IMG/VR virus record: IMGVR_UViG_3300032245_001127
Direction: 5' to 3' (one strand)
DNA from: a virus
Length of the DNA stretch: 64,000 bases
The translations under genes were made by a program, and so were the position numbers. Below the pieces are notes generated by a model, which was given only the letters and a program-made list of their open reading frames with translations, was not told where the DNA came from and did no database searches. This document shows, piece by piece, positions 38,164 to 48,068 of the stretch; positions within the stretch are counted from its first letter, which is position 1, and every line of letters begins with the position of its first letter.

Positions 38164-40053
38164 TTAATCGTTCGAAATATACGATATGCTAAATTCTAAA
38201 ACACTCGAAGCAGTTAAATTTGCAATCGTTGCAGCAGAACCATTTGTTAAAACACCTAATGTTGTTGTGTTTGTAATCGCACGAACCAATGGATTCGTAA
38301 ATGATGTGCCATTTGTAACTAGAAGAGTTCCATAGTCAAATACTACGTTTCCTGCTCCATTTGCAATCGTTGGCATTCCACCAATCGTAAACGTTCCAGA
38401 AGCAGTTCCTAATCCAGTAACTGTAATTTTTCCTGATACTTTTACAAGTCGACCAATTTTAATATATTTTGCTTGATTGAATGAATAAGTTATTCCTGTT
38501 CCAGTTGCTGGGATTAAAGTTGGACTAAAATCTCCTTCTTCATAATCATCTAAAACGTTTGGATTATTCGAAGCATTTTGAGTTCCTGGAAATTGTACAT
38601 ATCCGTTTGTAGTTAAATTTCCTGTAATTGCAAGAGCACCAGCATACGTTTGTTGTGTAAGCAATGTAGGATTGTGTGGTGTATATCCTAAATTCGCAAT
38701 CGCAACACCAGCTGCAAGTTTTGAATTTGTAATTGTACTATCTGCAATTTTTGCAGCAGTAACTGCTTGATCTCTTAATGCTGCAGTTGCAATCGCACCA
38801 TCAACATATGAATTTCTTGATACTGTACCGAATCCTAAATGTAATATGTTTACTTTAATTCCAGCAACTAAAGGGCTTGCTAATCGACAAGTTGTTCCAC
38901 CTACAATCGTATAATCTACTGTATCAGTTTGTACAACTCCATTTATTGTAACTAATATTGCTTGTGGAGAAACTGGAACTTTAGACATTGTAAAATCTTG
39001 TTGATTCAACGTACTTACAAATTTATCAACTGTAAAATTTTTTAAATTATCTGCAAGAGCAAGATCCGTTACAGAACCTGCTGATGGAGTTACTTGATAA
39101 TTTGACCCACCTGTGTGTGTAATGTAAATATTTTGTCCTAATTCTGGAATACCATTAAAAACAACTGCTCTAAATCTTAATAGTTCAATACTTGAAATTA
39201 AAAAAGAACCACCTGTTTCATTTTCATAAGTGATAGTATCTGTATCATAATTTACAGTTTTTGGTTCGTTATATACAACAGTTGTTGCTCCAGCACTAAA
39301 ATTTGCTGTTGATGTTTTAATTACATCTATAAAACTTGTTGTAGCATTTGCTATAATTCCTGTTGCTGAACCTTGTGTTATTTTGTCTGAAATTTTTGGA
39401 GACTCAGCTTCTGCTGTAACTGATGTGGCAGTAAAATATTGATTGAAAGCAGTGGTTGGAAGAGTATTACCAACATCAACAAGACCACTCGGATTAAGTG
39501 CATAATATACGTTGTCTGTTGTGTTTCTAAAAATTAAATAATGTGTAGTTGTATCTGTTACAAATGCTCCAGAAGATAATACACCAACAATAGCTGTTGG
39601 TTGATTAACTGAATCAACTCTATTTACTGTAATTTCTGCAACAAGTGTATTTCCTGTAATTGTACGTTGTTGTAATGTTATAGTATCTCCAGAAGCTGAT
39701 GCAAATGCGTTTACACCATTTAACATATCTTTTACAGAATTATATAATACTGAATTTGATGCATAGTTCGCAACACCAGTCGCAGCACTTCCTGTTGGTT
39801 TTCCAATTGTAATATTTCTTATTTGCTTGATTACACCACCAGAAATAATTATTCGATAAACGTCTTGAATTGTGTATGCAGTTACTGGTTGTTGCGGAAC
39901 GTTATCCACAATCGCTAATACATTTGACTCAAATCCTCCAGGAATTTCTTGAGCAAGGACATATTCTTTTTGATATCCTGTGCCAGCAAATTCGTCTCTC
40001 GGACGAAGCTGAGTATTTAATGCTTCTACATTTGAAGAACCAATATATGCCAT
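38164..40053 (-). CDS. tail fibre protein (629 aa)
   Basis: MAYIG start; ILVTINGVVQ domain; VTAAKIAD..IT.SKLA repeats; C-terminal LDDYEEG...YIKIGRLV domain. Confidence 0.85.
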   Translation of the reverse strand: MAYIGSSNVEALNTQLRPRDEFAGTGYQKEYVLAQEIPGGFESNVLAIVDNVPQQPVTAYTIQDVYRIIISGGVIKQIRNITIGKPTGSAATGVANYASNSVLYNSVKDMLNGVNAFASASGDTITLQQRTITGNTLVAEITVNRVDSVNQPTAIVGVLSSGAFVTDTTTHYLIFRNTTDNVYYALNPSGLVDVGNTLPTTAFNQYFTATSVTAEAESPKISDKITQGSATGIIANATTSFIDVIKTSTANFSAGATTVVYNEPKTVNYDTDTITYENETGGSFLISSIELLRFRAVVFNGIPELGQNIYITHTGGSNYQVTPSAGSVTDLALADNLKNFTVDKFVSTLNQQDFTMSKVPVSPQAILVTINGVVQTDTVDYTIVGGTTCRLASPLVAGIKVNILHLGFGTVSRNSYVDGAIATAALRDQAVTAAKIADSTITNSKLAAGVAIANLGYTPHNPTLLTQQTYAGALAITGNLTTNGYVQFPGTQNASNNPNVLDDYEEGDFSPTLIPATGTGITYSFNQAKYIKIGRLVKVSGKITVTGLGTASGTFTIGGMPTIANGAGNVVFDYGTLLVTNGTSFTNPLVRAITNTTTLGVLTNGSAATIANLTASSVLEFSISYISND

Positions 40054-40061
40054 GAATTTTT

Positions 40062-40385
40062 TTAGATGTCTTCTAAAATACTCGCAATCGCATCAATTGA
40101 TGTTGATGTATTACTTACTACTTTTAGAGCATCTGTATTTGTTAAAACTATTTTTTGACCAGAAATAATTTGTAAAGTGCCACCAGTTGGAACTGGAGCA
40201 TTTTTTACAAGATAATAATCTGAGCCTGAACGAGATATATAAGCATTGACTGTAACTGCAGCATTCGAAGTATTACATACATCCAACTCAATTACAATTG
40301 AATTTTTTGAAGCTGGAGCTGAATACATCGTAACTGGAGTCGTACCAATATCTCGTTGTAATGCGTTTTTAAAGACGTTTGCCAT
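40062..40385 (-). CDS. small structural protein (107 aa)
   Basis: MANVFKN...YSAPA...L.VCN...LVKNAPVPTGG.L...KIVL...D.LKV...SILE. Confidence 0.8.
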   Translation of the reverse strand: MANVFKNALQRDIGTTPVTMYSAPASKNSIVIELDVCNTSNAAVTVNAYISRSGSDYYLVKNAPVPTGGTLQIISGQKIVLTNTDALKVVSNTSTSIDAIASILEDI

Positions 40386-40388
40386 TGT

Positions 40389-40598
40389 TTATCCTAATGC
40401 TATTGTTATCGCTACTGAGTATTCGCGTGTTTCGTTTACTGCTGACACTAAATCTGGTTCTGCATTCGATAAAAGTGCAAGATCACCAATATAGTCTTCT
40501 TGATTATTTGTTTTGGTAATTACTGAATTTGTTTGAACACGCCATTGATCGAACGTATTCGCTTGTGATACAGTATTTACGACAGCTTGTTTTGCCAT
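40389..40598 (-). CDS. minimal fibre anchor/adaptor (69 aa)
   Basis: NTFDQWRVQTN, IGDLALL, DLVSAVNE; ends VAITIALG. Confidence 0.8.
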   Translation of the reverse strand: MAKQAVVNTVSQANTFDQWRVQTNSVITKTNNQEDYIGDLALLSNAEPDLVSAVNETREYSVAITIALG

Positions 40599-40600
40599 AC

Positions 40601-40819
40601 TTATTTTTTCTCTTTAGTTAATTGAGTTAATAAAGATCTTATCTCGAATAACTCACTTTTGATAGTATTTATTTCACTCTGCATCATTCTTTCTCTACTT
40701 AATGCATTTTCTTGTATTTTTATATAGTTTTCATATTCAGAAGTATTCGTATTAATTACTCCATTTGAATAAGAATCTCTTATATATGCTGGATAATCAG
40801 ATACTCTATACTTTGTCAT
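40601..40819 (-). CDS. small hypothetical protein with C-terminal coiled coil
   Basis: IRD..SNGVINTN.SEY..Y; EINTIKSELFEIRSLL. Confidence 0.75.
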   Translation of the reverse strand: MTKYRVSDYPAYIRDSYSNGVINTNTSEYENYIKIQENALSRERMMQSEINTIKSELFEIRSLLTQLTKEKK

Positions 40820-40823
40820 ATAC

Positions 40824-43800
40824 TTAACTATAAGAAATTACTCTTAAATTCTTTACTTTAGGCACATAAACTGAATTACTTGATTTAAATACAATTTTAA
40901 TTTGTATATTTTTATATGCTGATAATGACTCTAATGTATGTATTCTTTCTTTAAATACGTCAATTGAATCTTTTGAAGATGCTGTAAATCCTGTATCAAT
41001 CCATCTTAATTTAGATAATACTACTTCATCATTCCATGTTCGATAGTATAATTTTAAATTAGTATTTATAGGTATATTTGCATCAAATAATATCTTAAGA
41101 TTATTTGCTGGATTTGTTAATGTCAATGTTCTTGTAATGTAATTCGCTAAATTAGTTGCACCTGTTGGAGCAAAATCACTTACATATGCATCATATTGTT
41201 TAATTGACCATGACGCACAAGTTCTTCGTATTGCCATTTTAGTAGTTGTAATTGTAGTCGTTGCATTTCCTGTAAGTGTAATTGTTCCAGATGTTACAGA
41301 AGCAACAGTTCCTACTACTTTTTTCTCTAATCTTTGTTTCGATCCACCATCTGGTGTAACTGTCTCATATAAAGTAGTTGAAATTAATATATCACCAGCA
41401 GCAATTCTTGAAGTGTTATCAGCTGAAGATGATACTGAAGTAGAAGATGAGCTTGAAGATTGTGTTCCTTCTAAATCAAATTCAAGCCAATCATGTACTA
41501 CATCCAAATATATTGTATTTGTTGTTGGAAGTGAAGAGAATGCTGAATTAAATGTTACAGTAACTTTATTTCCATCAGCTGAACCTGCATAACGATCAAG
41601 AGATCTTTCCTCTACTACGTTTGCAATATTATATGTTCCATTAATTCCTGTGCGTACAGAATTTAATATTAAGTCAGCACCAATTTGTGTGTTTGCTAAT
41701 AAATTATCAGCAGCATCAATCCATGTAACTAATTGACCATTTCCTGAATTATTGTTTGATATTTCTACAACACCACGAGATACTATTTCATATGCAACAC
41801 CACTTGCATTTGTTGCAAGAGCATTCGCAGTTAATACGATTGTAGTTGCGTTTGTTATTGAAGAAATTACACCAATCGCAGTATTTCCTACACGAATCGT
41901 ATCACCAACTCTTGCTTCAGTAGTAAATAAAGTTCCTGAACCACTTACTGAAGTTGAAGAAGTGCTTGTTGTAATTGTTCCTGTTCCAGTTATAAATGTA
42001 TCAGCATCAGTTACTGTATTCGAAACTAATATGTTTCGGTCGTCAATTCCTGATACGTTTAGATTAGCTGATGATTTATCATCAATTGAATTTGATATCG
42101 CATAAACACTCATCTTTTGTAAATCAATTACAGGCGATAAATTTGCGTTTGTTGAGAATAGTCTTGCACGAATCTTTAATGATGGTCTCTTTAATAGTGG
42201 TGATGTGCTCACTACTGTTTGATTTTCGTATGATTTAATAATTTTTCTTGAATTGAAATAATAGTTTTCATTCGCAACAATCGGTAAAAAGTCAGTTGCT
42301 ACATTTGCCGAGTCAGAAGCTGATATATAATATTCAATTTTAGTATCTGTAAATGTTAAATCATTTGTTTTTAAATACAATGCATCAAGATTTAATTGAC
42401 GTGAACATCTTACATTTGTTCCACCATAATTACCTTTAATAAAGTTTGCAGTTGTTCCAGTTAATAAATTTGTACTATTCGGATCAGTTGTTTGTAATTG
42501 AACCACGAAAGAATCTTTTGTCAATCCTTCTGCTAAAACTAAGTGAGATCCATTTAATAATGTATTTGGCGCACCATTTACTCCATCTGCACCATAAATT
42601 CCTACAGGAACACCAGAAATAACAGCAATATCGTTAAATGTGAATCCATGATTTCTTGCTTTTACTCTTACATGTGGTGAGTTGGGTGTAAATTCAAAAG
42701 GATTTTCATCTAAATTAAATGTAATTGGTGGGTTTGCTTTTAATTCTACATCAGCGATCACTCCTGTATCAAAAGTGCAAGAGTATAATCTAAACTTCAT
42801 ATCTAATAATGGATTAATTTGAAACTCTGAAGAGTTTTGTGAAAGATATAAAGATCCAGTTAATGGCTGTTGAGTAATAATATTTGTAGTTTGTAAATCT
42901 GTTTTACCCAGTTCAGAAATAAAAATTTTAGCTCCAGGTTCGTCTGTTCTTACAACAATTGCATATGTTTCGTTATCTTGTAAATAAACTGGTGCTAAAA
43001 ATTTAAAGTTAGTTGCAACCGATCCATTTGATGATATATTAATTTCGTTTGGATTTTTTGTAATTGTTGTAAATGGTACTACTCTTGAAGATGGAACACC
43101 ATTATTTGTAACACGCAATTCTACTATAATTGGTCTATTACCTGCTTCTTCAAAATATAAATCAACTGAAGAAACAAAAGCACCACCTTTAGATGATACC
43201 ACAAATGTTTGCGCAATCGGATCGTGTCCTCTTCTAATTGTATAAAGAAGACGAGTTGTAGTTGTTGTTCTTCTTGCAGGTATTTCTTCAAATAAACGAT
43301 CTTGAACGAATCTTACATCTCTTGAGTTTACGATTGTTCTTTCTTTTGAAAGTGTAGTTCCTGAAGCAATATAAGTTGCAGATCCTTTAGAATCGAAATC
43401 AAATTCACTATTTGAAACGTTATCAATTAATTTAAATGTACGTTCTCCTGTTCTAAAATTAGGAGAAGGAATAGTAAACACACCGCAAATAGATCCATTT
43501 ACATCAGTTCTTAATTGACTTCCAGTTGTTTTTAAAGTAGGTGGAGTTGATGCGTCAGTGCTTCCATTAATACTTGTAATTGTAACTCGGTTTCTTGCAC
43601 CATTTCCTATATCTACTTCACCAACTAATACGTCACCGATAGCAAATCCTCTTTTAATATTAATCATGTGAAGATCACGAACAGTTGACGATGTACGATA
43701 TCCTTCAAAATTTGCAACAGCACTTGCTTGAAGACGTTGTAATTTACCACCATCTCCTGCAGCATATGCAGTTGTTGAATATGCATCAAAAGGATATATT

Positions 43801-46800
43801 AGCGATCCATCAATATTTTCTAATGTAATCGTTGTTCCTGATACTGCTTTTACTCTAAAGATTTTTAAATTTAATTGTTTTGAATGATTCGATCCATACG
43901 TTACAATTGTAGAAGTAATATTATTCTCAATTACATTCGATGTAACTGCTGGGTTTGCTCGAACAGCATCAAAGTTATACATGTGTACATGATGTCCTGG
44001 ACGAATACCAGAAGCACTTGATACTGTAAGTGTAAATGAACTGTCGCCAAGAGCATTTGTAACATTTGCAATTGTTAAAACTCGAGTCGCCGTATGTTCT
44101 TCGTTCTTTAATACATCACCGAAATAAAATGCTGGTTGTGATATACCATTCGCATCAGTTCTTGCTGGTGAATCTGATAAAACTGATTGAATAGTTGATT
44201 GTACGTTAAAGTTTAAATCTGCAGCACCAACTACTTTAGTTACACGGAAAACGTCAGCAGGTTTTATATAACTTGCATCAACTCTTGTATTATCAAAGAA
44301 AGCATAAAAATTCGTATCAGGTTTTAAATTCCAACCAACAAATGCAACTGGTCTTGTTCTTATAAAAGGAATATAAGATACATCTACAACTCTATCACCA
44401 TAATTAATAGAATTTGTTGTTCCTGAAAGAGATGTACGTATTCCCTCTCTTGATTGTGTTCCTGTTTGTGTAGTAATTGTTTCTTGAAATCCTGCGTTCC
44501 ATGTTTCGTAATTTCTTACTTGATCAGTTGAACCTGTCCAGTTATATGACCATTCATTCCACTGCGTTCCCATTACTCCTGCTTTTTCAGCAAGGAATCG
44601 AATCGCATCATATCCATTATTATCCGTTACTTGTAAATCAGGACGACGATCTGTTTCTTTCCAGAAATCTCCTTCTGGTGTTAATTCTATTTCTCCTTTG
44701 AAAGCACCAATCTTATATGGATTTACATCGATAGTTCTTGATGCGTTTGGATTAAATATGAAAGATGATTCTGTATATGGTAATGTAATTAAATCATTCG
44801 TTCTTTGATAATCTCTACTTGCTCTTTGTGGACCTGAATCTAGATTTTCAATTACATCTAATGCATCAGTAAAGTGCATTGGTCTTAATTCATTTTTCGC
44901 TGAATCAACTGCGATACGATAATCTGGATGTTGTACGTTTCCTACACCATGACCACTAAATTGATCAACAAGGAATCCGTTCTTAAATCTGTCTAATCCT
45001 GTAGTTGCTGATTTAATTGAATATGATTCAGTTTCTTTTTCTAAAAGAGTTAAACTTGTATAATATTCTAAATTTGAAATTCTTTTTTCTAAGAATCCAA
45101 TATCTCTCATCGTATAACGACGATTATCTCTTTTAAATAATACTACATCAGATGCTAATTTAGTATAAGCTGGTAAAAACACAGATCCTAATATCATTCC
45201 AGTTTTTGGATCTTCAGGTTGTTTTGGTTCTAATGCTGGCACTCCAGTTAATATATTAAAGTTTCCGACGCTATCAAGAACTATTTTATCCCAACGAGGA
45301 AGATAGTTTGCGATACTTGTATTAAAATCTGTTCCAATTTTTGGTATGCTTGGTGAAAATGTATTTAATCCTTCAATCACTGGACGATAATCAATTACGT
45401 CATGTAAAAATACAGTTGATGTAGTACCATCTGGGTTCGTAGATTTAAAAGATGGTATTTGATCGTAAGAAATAGTTGAACTATAACTATCTACTGAGAA
45501 ATAATTTCCTGTTCCACTATATGTGAAATATCTATAAGATACTCTTAAAGCACCTGTTGGAACACCTGCTCCTTCTTTTAAAACTAAAGCACCTTTTTGA
45601 TAATGTGTAGTTCTTTGACCATTATCTAATGTGAAACGATCTGTAATATCTACAGCCCCAGATGAAGAATATGCTGAATAGTTTCCTGGAGTCATACTTA
45701 CAGAAACGATATTAAATATATCTGCATGTGGTAATATAACTGATTTTGCAGTTACGTTAATCGCAGAAACTATATCTGCAGTTGTAGATGTAAGTGTTTT
45801 AATTTTTTCTCTTGCAGATACACCAGTTTGTAATATGCTTGTAATTAATGTGTAACTTCTTGCATTAGATAATCCTGAAATTGTAACTGTCTTACGATTT
45901 GAATCGTTATCAAATGCAATAGTTGAAGCAGAAATGTTTACAACTGTTTTTGCTACGTTATCAAATAATGTATAGTTAGTTAAATCTGAATCTGATAAAA
46001 AGAATTCTGTTGGGGTTGTGAGAGTATGAACCCACTCACCACCTGCGTTTGTTGTTGCAGTAATAGTTCTTCGAATCGTATGAGTTGAAGAAAGTACACT
46101 ATCTTGTGCAGTTGCTGAATCGTATCCACGTAATGTTTTAGTGTTTTCAATTCCTGTATCAAATACTAATGATGTATATTCAGGATTATAAACTGCAGTC
46201 GCACCACGAGCATAAACAACTCCTGTGTAATTTGCAGCTAAATTTCGATCAAGAGTTAAAGAAGTTGGAGATGCAATCGATAGTACATGACCAACAAATG
46301 TATTTGAAGTTGTAAGTAATACCGCATCACCCACTTTATATTCATCTTGAAATCTTGTTCCAACTCCTGTAAGAGTTGCAGCACCAGAAGTTCCTGATAC
46401 TGTTCCTAATAGTGGAACTAATGTCCCTGCAGTATTTTGATCAGTTGTACAATAGAAATTAATTACACCAGTCGCACCAACATCAGTAATCCATTTTACA
46501 TCTCTTTCAATGTTATATCCACTTTCTAATTTAATATCAAAAAGAGAAAGTTTAAATTCTGGTGATGAATAACTTGAAGAATGTAATTGAATAGAACGAA
46601 GTCTTGCTGTTCCGATTAAACCTGTTTTTCCTGAATTTGTTGTTGTTCCGATTGTTGGTGCAGATACGTGCATTGTTGAACCATTCCACAAATAAACTAA
46701 TCCATAAGTATCAACAGCTGGTAATCCAATCACACCTTCTACTAAAACATAATTTCCTACAGATGTTCCGATTGGTTGATCGTCAAGTCTTGATACGTGA

Positions 46801-48029
46801 CCATTTTCAATTCCATTAATTGGTCTTGCACGATTAATACTTAAATATTGAGAAATTGTGCTTTCAACTTCATATCCTTCGATATATGCTTTTCCTGGAT
46901 CTACAACGATTGCAACTTTGTCTGCACTTCCATATGTAACACCAGAAACTGGAGTCGCTGGACTCGCAGGGAACACACCTCTATTTGTTCCTGATATTAA
47001 ATGTTCTCTTGCTGTTAAATTAAATTTTGTTACTTCATAGCTACCAGATTCATCAAAAGTTCTTCTTGCGAATGTTTTTTCTATTTCAGCATATGATGTT
47101 TTTTCAACTTTGTGTTGAATAATACCATCTTTTACACGTAATAATTCTACAAATTTAATTGTGTCTGTAGAATCTATCGTTAATCTTTTTAGTGATAAAT
47201 TAATTTTATAACGATGAGCTCCTGGAGCAGCATAGTTATTACTTCCTTGAGCATTATCATTTAATGTTGAATCTTGTTCAGGTGTTACGATAGATTCAGT
47301 AACTTCAAACCCAACACGAGCAGTTACTGTGTTTGTAAATCTTCCAATATAAAGATGTAGTTCTTCAGTTGTAACAAAAAAGCCATCAATATAATAAATT
47401 CCTTGTTCAACTTCAACAGATGTTGCATATCCTAATACGTCTGTTGTTGAATTATTTGTATAAACTGTACCAGCAATACCAGTGTCACCGAATGTTCGAA
47501 TGGTAACTGATATATCTGTAGTTTGATTTGCTGTTAATCTATAATTGGCTGCTGTTGTGTTATCACTTGCGTATGCAGTAATAATTTCTCCTGGAATGAA
47601 ACGTTTAGTCGTTCCATCATCAGCAGTATCTTGAATTTTATAATAAAGAGTTGCAACATCGCTATCTCCTTCTACCATACATCCGCATTCAGATGTATCA
47701 AGTACTACTGCTTTTACACCAGAAGTTTGTCCAGTAATAACTTTATCTCTAAAAGATGTTAGATAAGATGATACGTTTGTATTTCCGAAAAGATCTTGAA
47801 GTTTTGCAAAATGAATTGTATTATCATAGTTCACTGCTCCAGGAACAACCATCGATCCATTTTTGAATATATGGTTTCCAAATCTACTTATTTGATTTTG
47901 AAGAAGTGTTTGAAGTTGAGTTAATTCTCGTGCTTGAACAGCATATCCTGGACGAAACAATACACGAAGAAACTGTTTCGTTTCATCGTAATCGTCAAAA
48001 TAAGGTGTTACATTGAAATTTATACTCAT
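40824..48029 (-). CDS. VrlC/DUF4815-like large baseplate structural protein (2401 aa)
   Basis: NVTPYFDDYD, LFRPGYAVQARELTQLQ, APGAHRYKI, RRYTMRDIG.LEKRI.NLEYYTSL, RFKNGFLVDQF, DPIAQTF. Confidence 0.9.
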   Translation of the reverse strand: MSINFNVTPYFDDYDETKQFLRVLFRPGYAVQARELTQLQTLLQNQISRFGNHIFKNGSMVVPGAVNYDNTIHFAKLQDLFGNTNVSSYLTSFRDKVITGQTSGVKAVVLDTSECGCMVEGDSDVATLYYKIQDTADDGTTKRFIPGEIITAYASDNTTAANYRLTANQTTDISVTIRTFGDTGIAGTVYTNNSTTDVLGYATSVEVEQGIYYIDGFFVTTEELHLYIGRFTNTVTARVGFEVTESIVTPEQDSTLNDNAQGSNNYAAPGAHRYKINLSLKRLTIDSTDTIKFVELLRVKDGIIQHKVEKTSYAEIEKTFARRTFDESGSYEVTKFNLTAREHLISGTNRGVFPASPATPVSGVTYGSADKVAIVVDPGKAYIEGYEVESTISQYLSINRARPINGIENGHVSRLDDQPIGTSVGNYVLVEGVIGLPAVDTYGLVYLWNGSTMHVSAPTIGTTTNSGKTGLIGTARLRSIQLHSSSYSSPEFKLSLFDIKLESGYNIERDVKWITDVGATGVINFYCTTDQNTAGTLVPLLGTVSGTSGAATLTGVGTRFQDEYKVGDAVLLTTSNTFVGHVLSIASPTSLTLDRNLAANYTGVVYARGATAVYNPEYTSLVFDTGIENTKTLRGYDSATAQDSVLSSTHTIRRTITATTNAGGEWVHTLTTPTEFFLSDSDLTNYTLFDNVAKTVVNISASTIAFDNDSNRKTVTISGLSNARSYTLITSILQTGVSAREKIKTLTSTTADIVSAINVTAKSVILPHADIFNIVSVSMTPGNYSAYSSSGAVDITDRFTLDNGQRTTHYQKGALVLKEGAGVPTGALRVSYRYFTYSGTGNYFSVDSYSSTISYDQIPSFKSTNPDGTTSTVFLHDVIDYRPVIEGLNTFSPSIPKIGTDFNTSIANYLPRWDKIVLDSVGNFNILTGVPALEPKQPEDPKTGMILGSVFLPAYTKLASDVVLFKRDNRRYTMRDIGFLEKRISNLEYYTSLTLLEKETESYSIKSATTGLDRFKNGFLVDQFSGHGVGNVQHPDYRIAVDSAKNELRPMHFTDALDVIENLDSGPQRASRDYQRTNDLITLPYTESSFIFNPNASRTIDVNPYKIGAFKGEIELTPEGDFWKETDRRPDLQVTDNNGYDAIRFLAEKAGVMGTQWNEWSYNWTGSTDQVRNYETWNAGFQETITTQTGTQSREGIRTSLSGTTNSINYGDRVVDVSYIPFIRTRPVAFVGWNLKPDTNFYAFFDNTRVDASYIKPADVFRVTKVVGAADLNFNVQSTIQSVLSDSPARTDANGISQPAFYFGDVLKNEEHTATRVLTIANVTNALGDSSFTLTVSSASGIRPGHHVHMYNFDAVRANPAVTSNVIENNITSTIVTYGSNHSKQLNLKIFRVKAVSGTTITLENIDGSLIYPFDAYSTTAYAAGDGGKLQRLQASAVANFEGYRTSSTVRDLHMINIKRGFAIGDVLVGEVDIGNGARNRVTITSINGSTDASTPPTLKTTGSQLRTDVNGSICGVFTIPSPNFRTGERTFKLIDNVSNSEFDFDSKGSATYIASGTTLSKERTIVNSRDVRFVQDRLFEEIPARRTTTTTRLLYTIRRGHDPIAQTFVVSSKGGAFVSSVDLYFEEAGNRPIIVELRVTNNGVPSSRVVPFTTITKNPNEINISSNGSVATNFKFLAPVYLQDNETYAIVVRTDEPGAKIFISELGKTDLQTTNIITQQPLTGSLYLSQNSSEFQINPLLDMKFRLYSCTFDTGVIADVELKANPPITFNLDENPFEFTPNSPHVRVKARNHGFTFNDIAVISGVPVGIYGADGVNGAPNTLLNGSHLVLAEGLTKDSFVVQLQTTDPNSTNLLTGTTANFIKGNYGGTNVRCSRQLNLDALYLKTNDLTFTDTKIEYYISASDSANVATDFLPIVANENYYFNSRKIIKSYENQTVVSTSPLLKRPSLKIRARLFSTNANLSPVIDLQKMSVYAISNSIDDKSSANLNVSGIDDRNILVSNTVTDADTFITGTGTITTSTSSTSVSGSGTLFTTEARVGDTIRVGNTAIGVISSITNATTIVLTANALATNASGVAYEIVSRGVVEISNNNSGNGQLVTWIDAADNLLANTQIGADLILNSVRTGINGTYNIANVVEERSLDRYAGSADGNKVTVTFNSAFSSLPTTNTIYLDVVHDWLEFDLEGTQSSSSSSTSVSSSADNTSRIAAGDILISTTLYETVTPDGGSKQRLEKKVVGTVASVTSGTITLTGNATTTITTTKMAIRRTCASWSIKQYDAYVSDFAPTGATNLANYITRTLTLTNPANNLKILFDANIPINTNLKLYYRTWNDEVVLSKLRWIDTGFTASSKDSIDVFKERIHTLESLSAYKNIQIKIVFKSSNSVYVPKVKNLRVISYS

Positions 48030-48068
48030 GCTATTTTCTGTTATATAAAAAGAACCGAACTAAATCGA

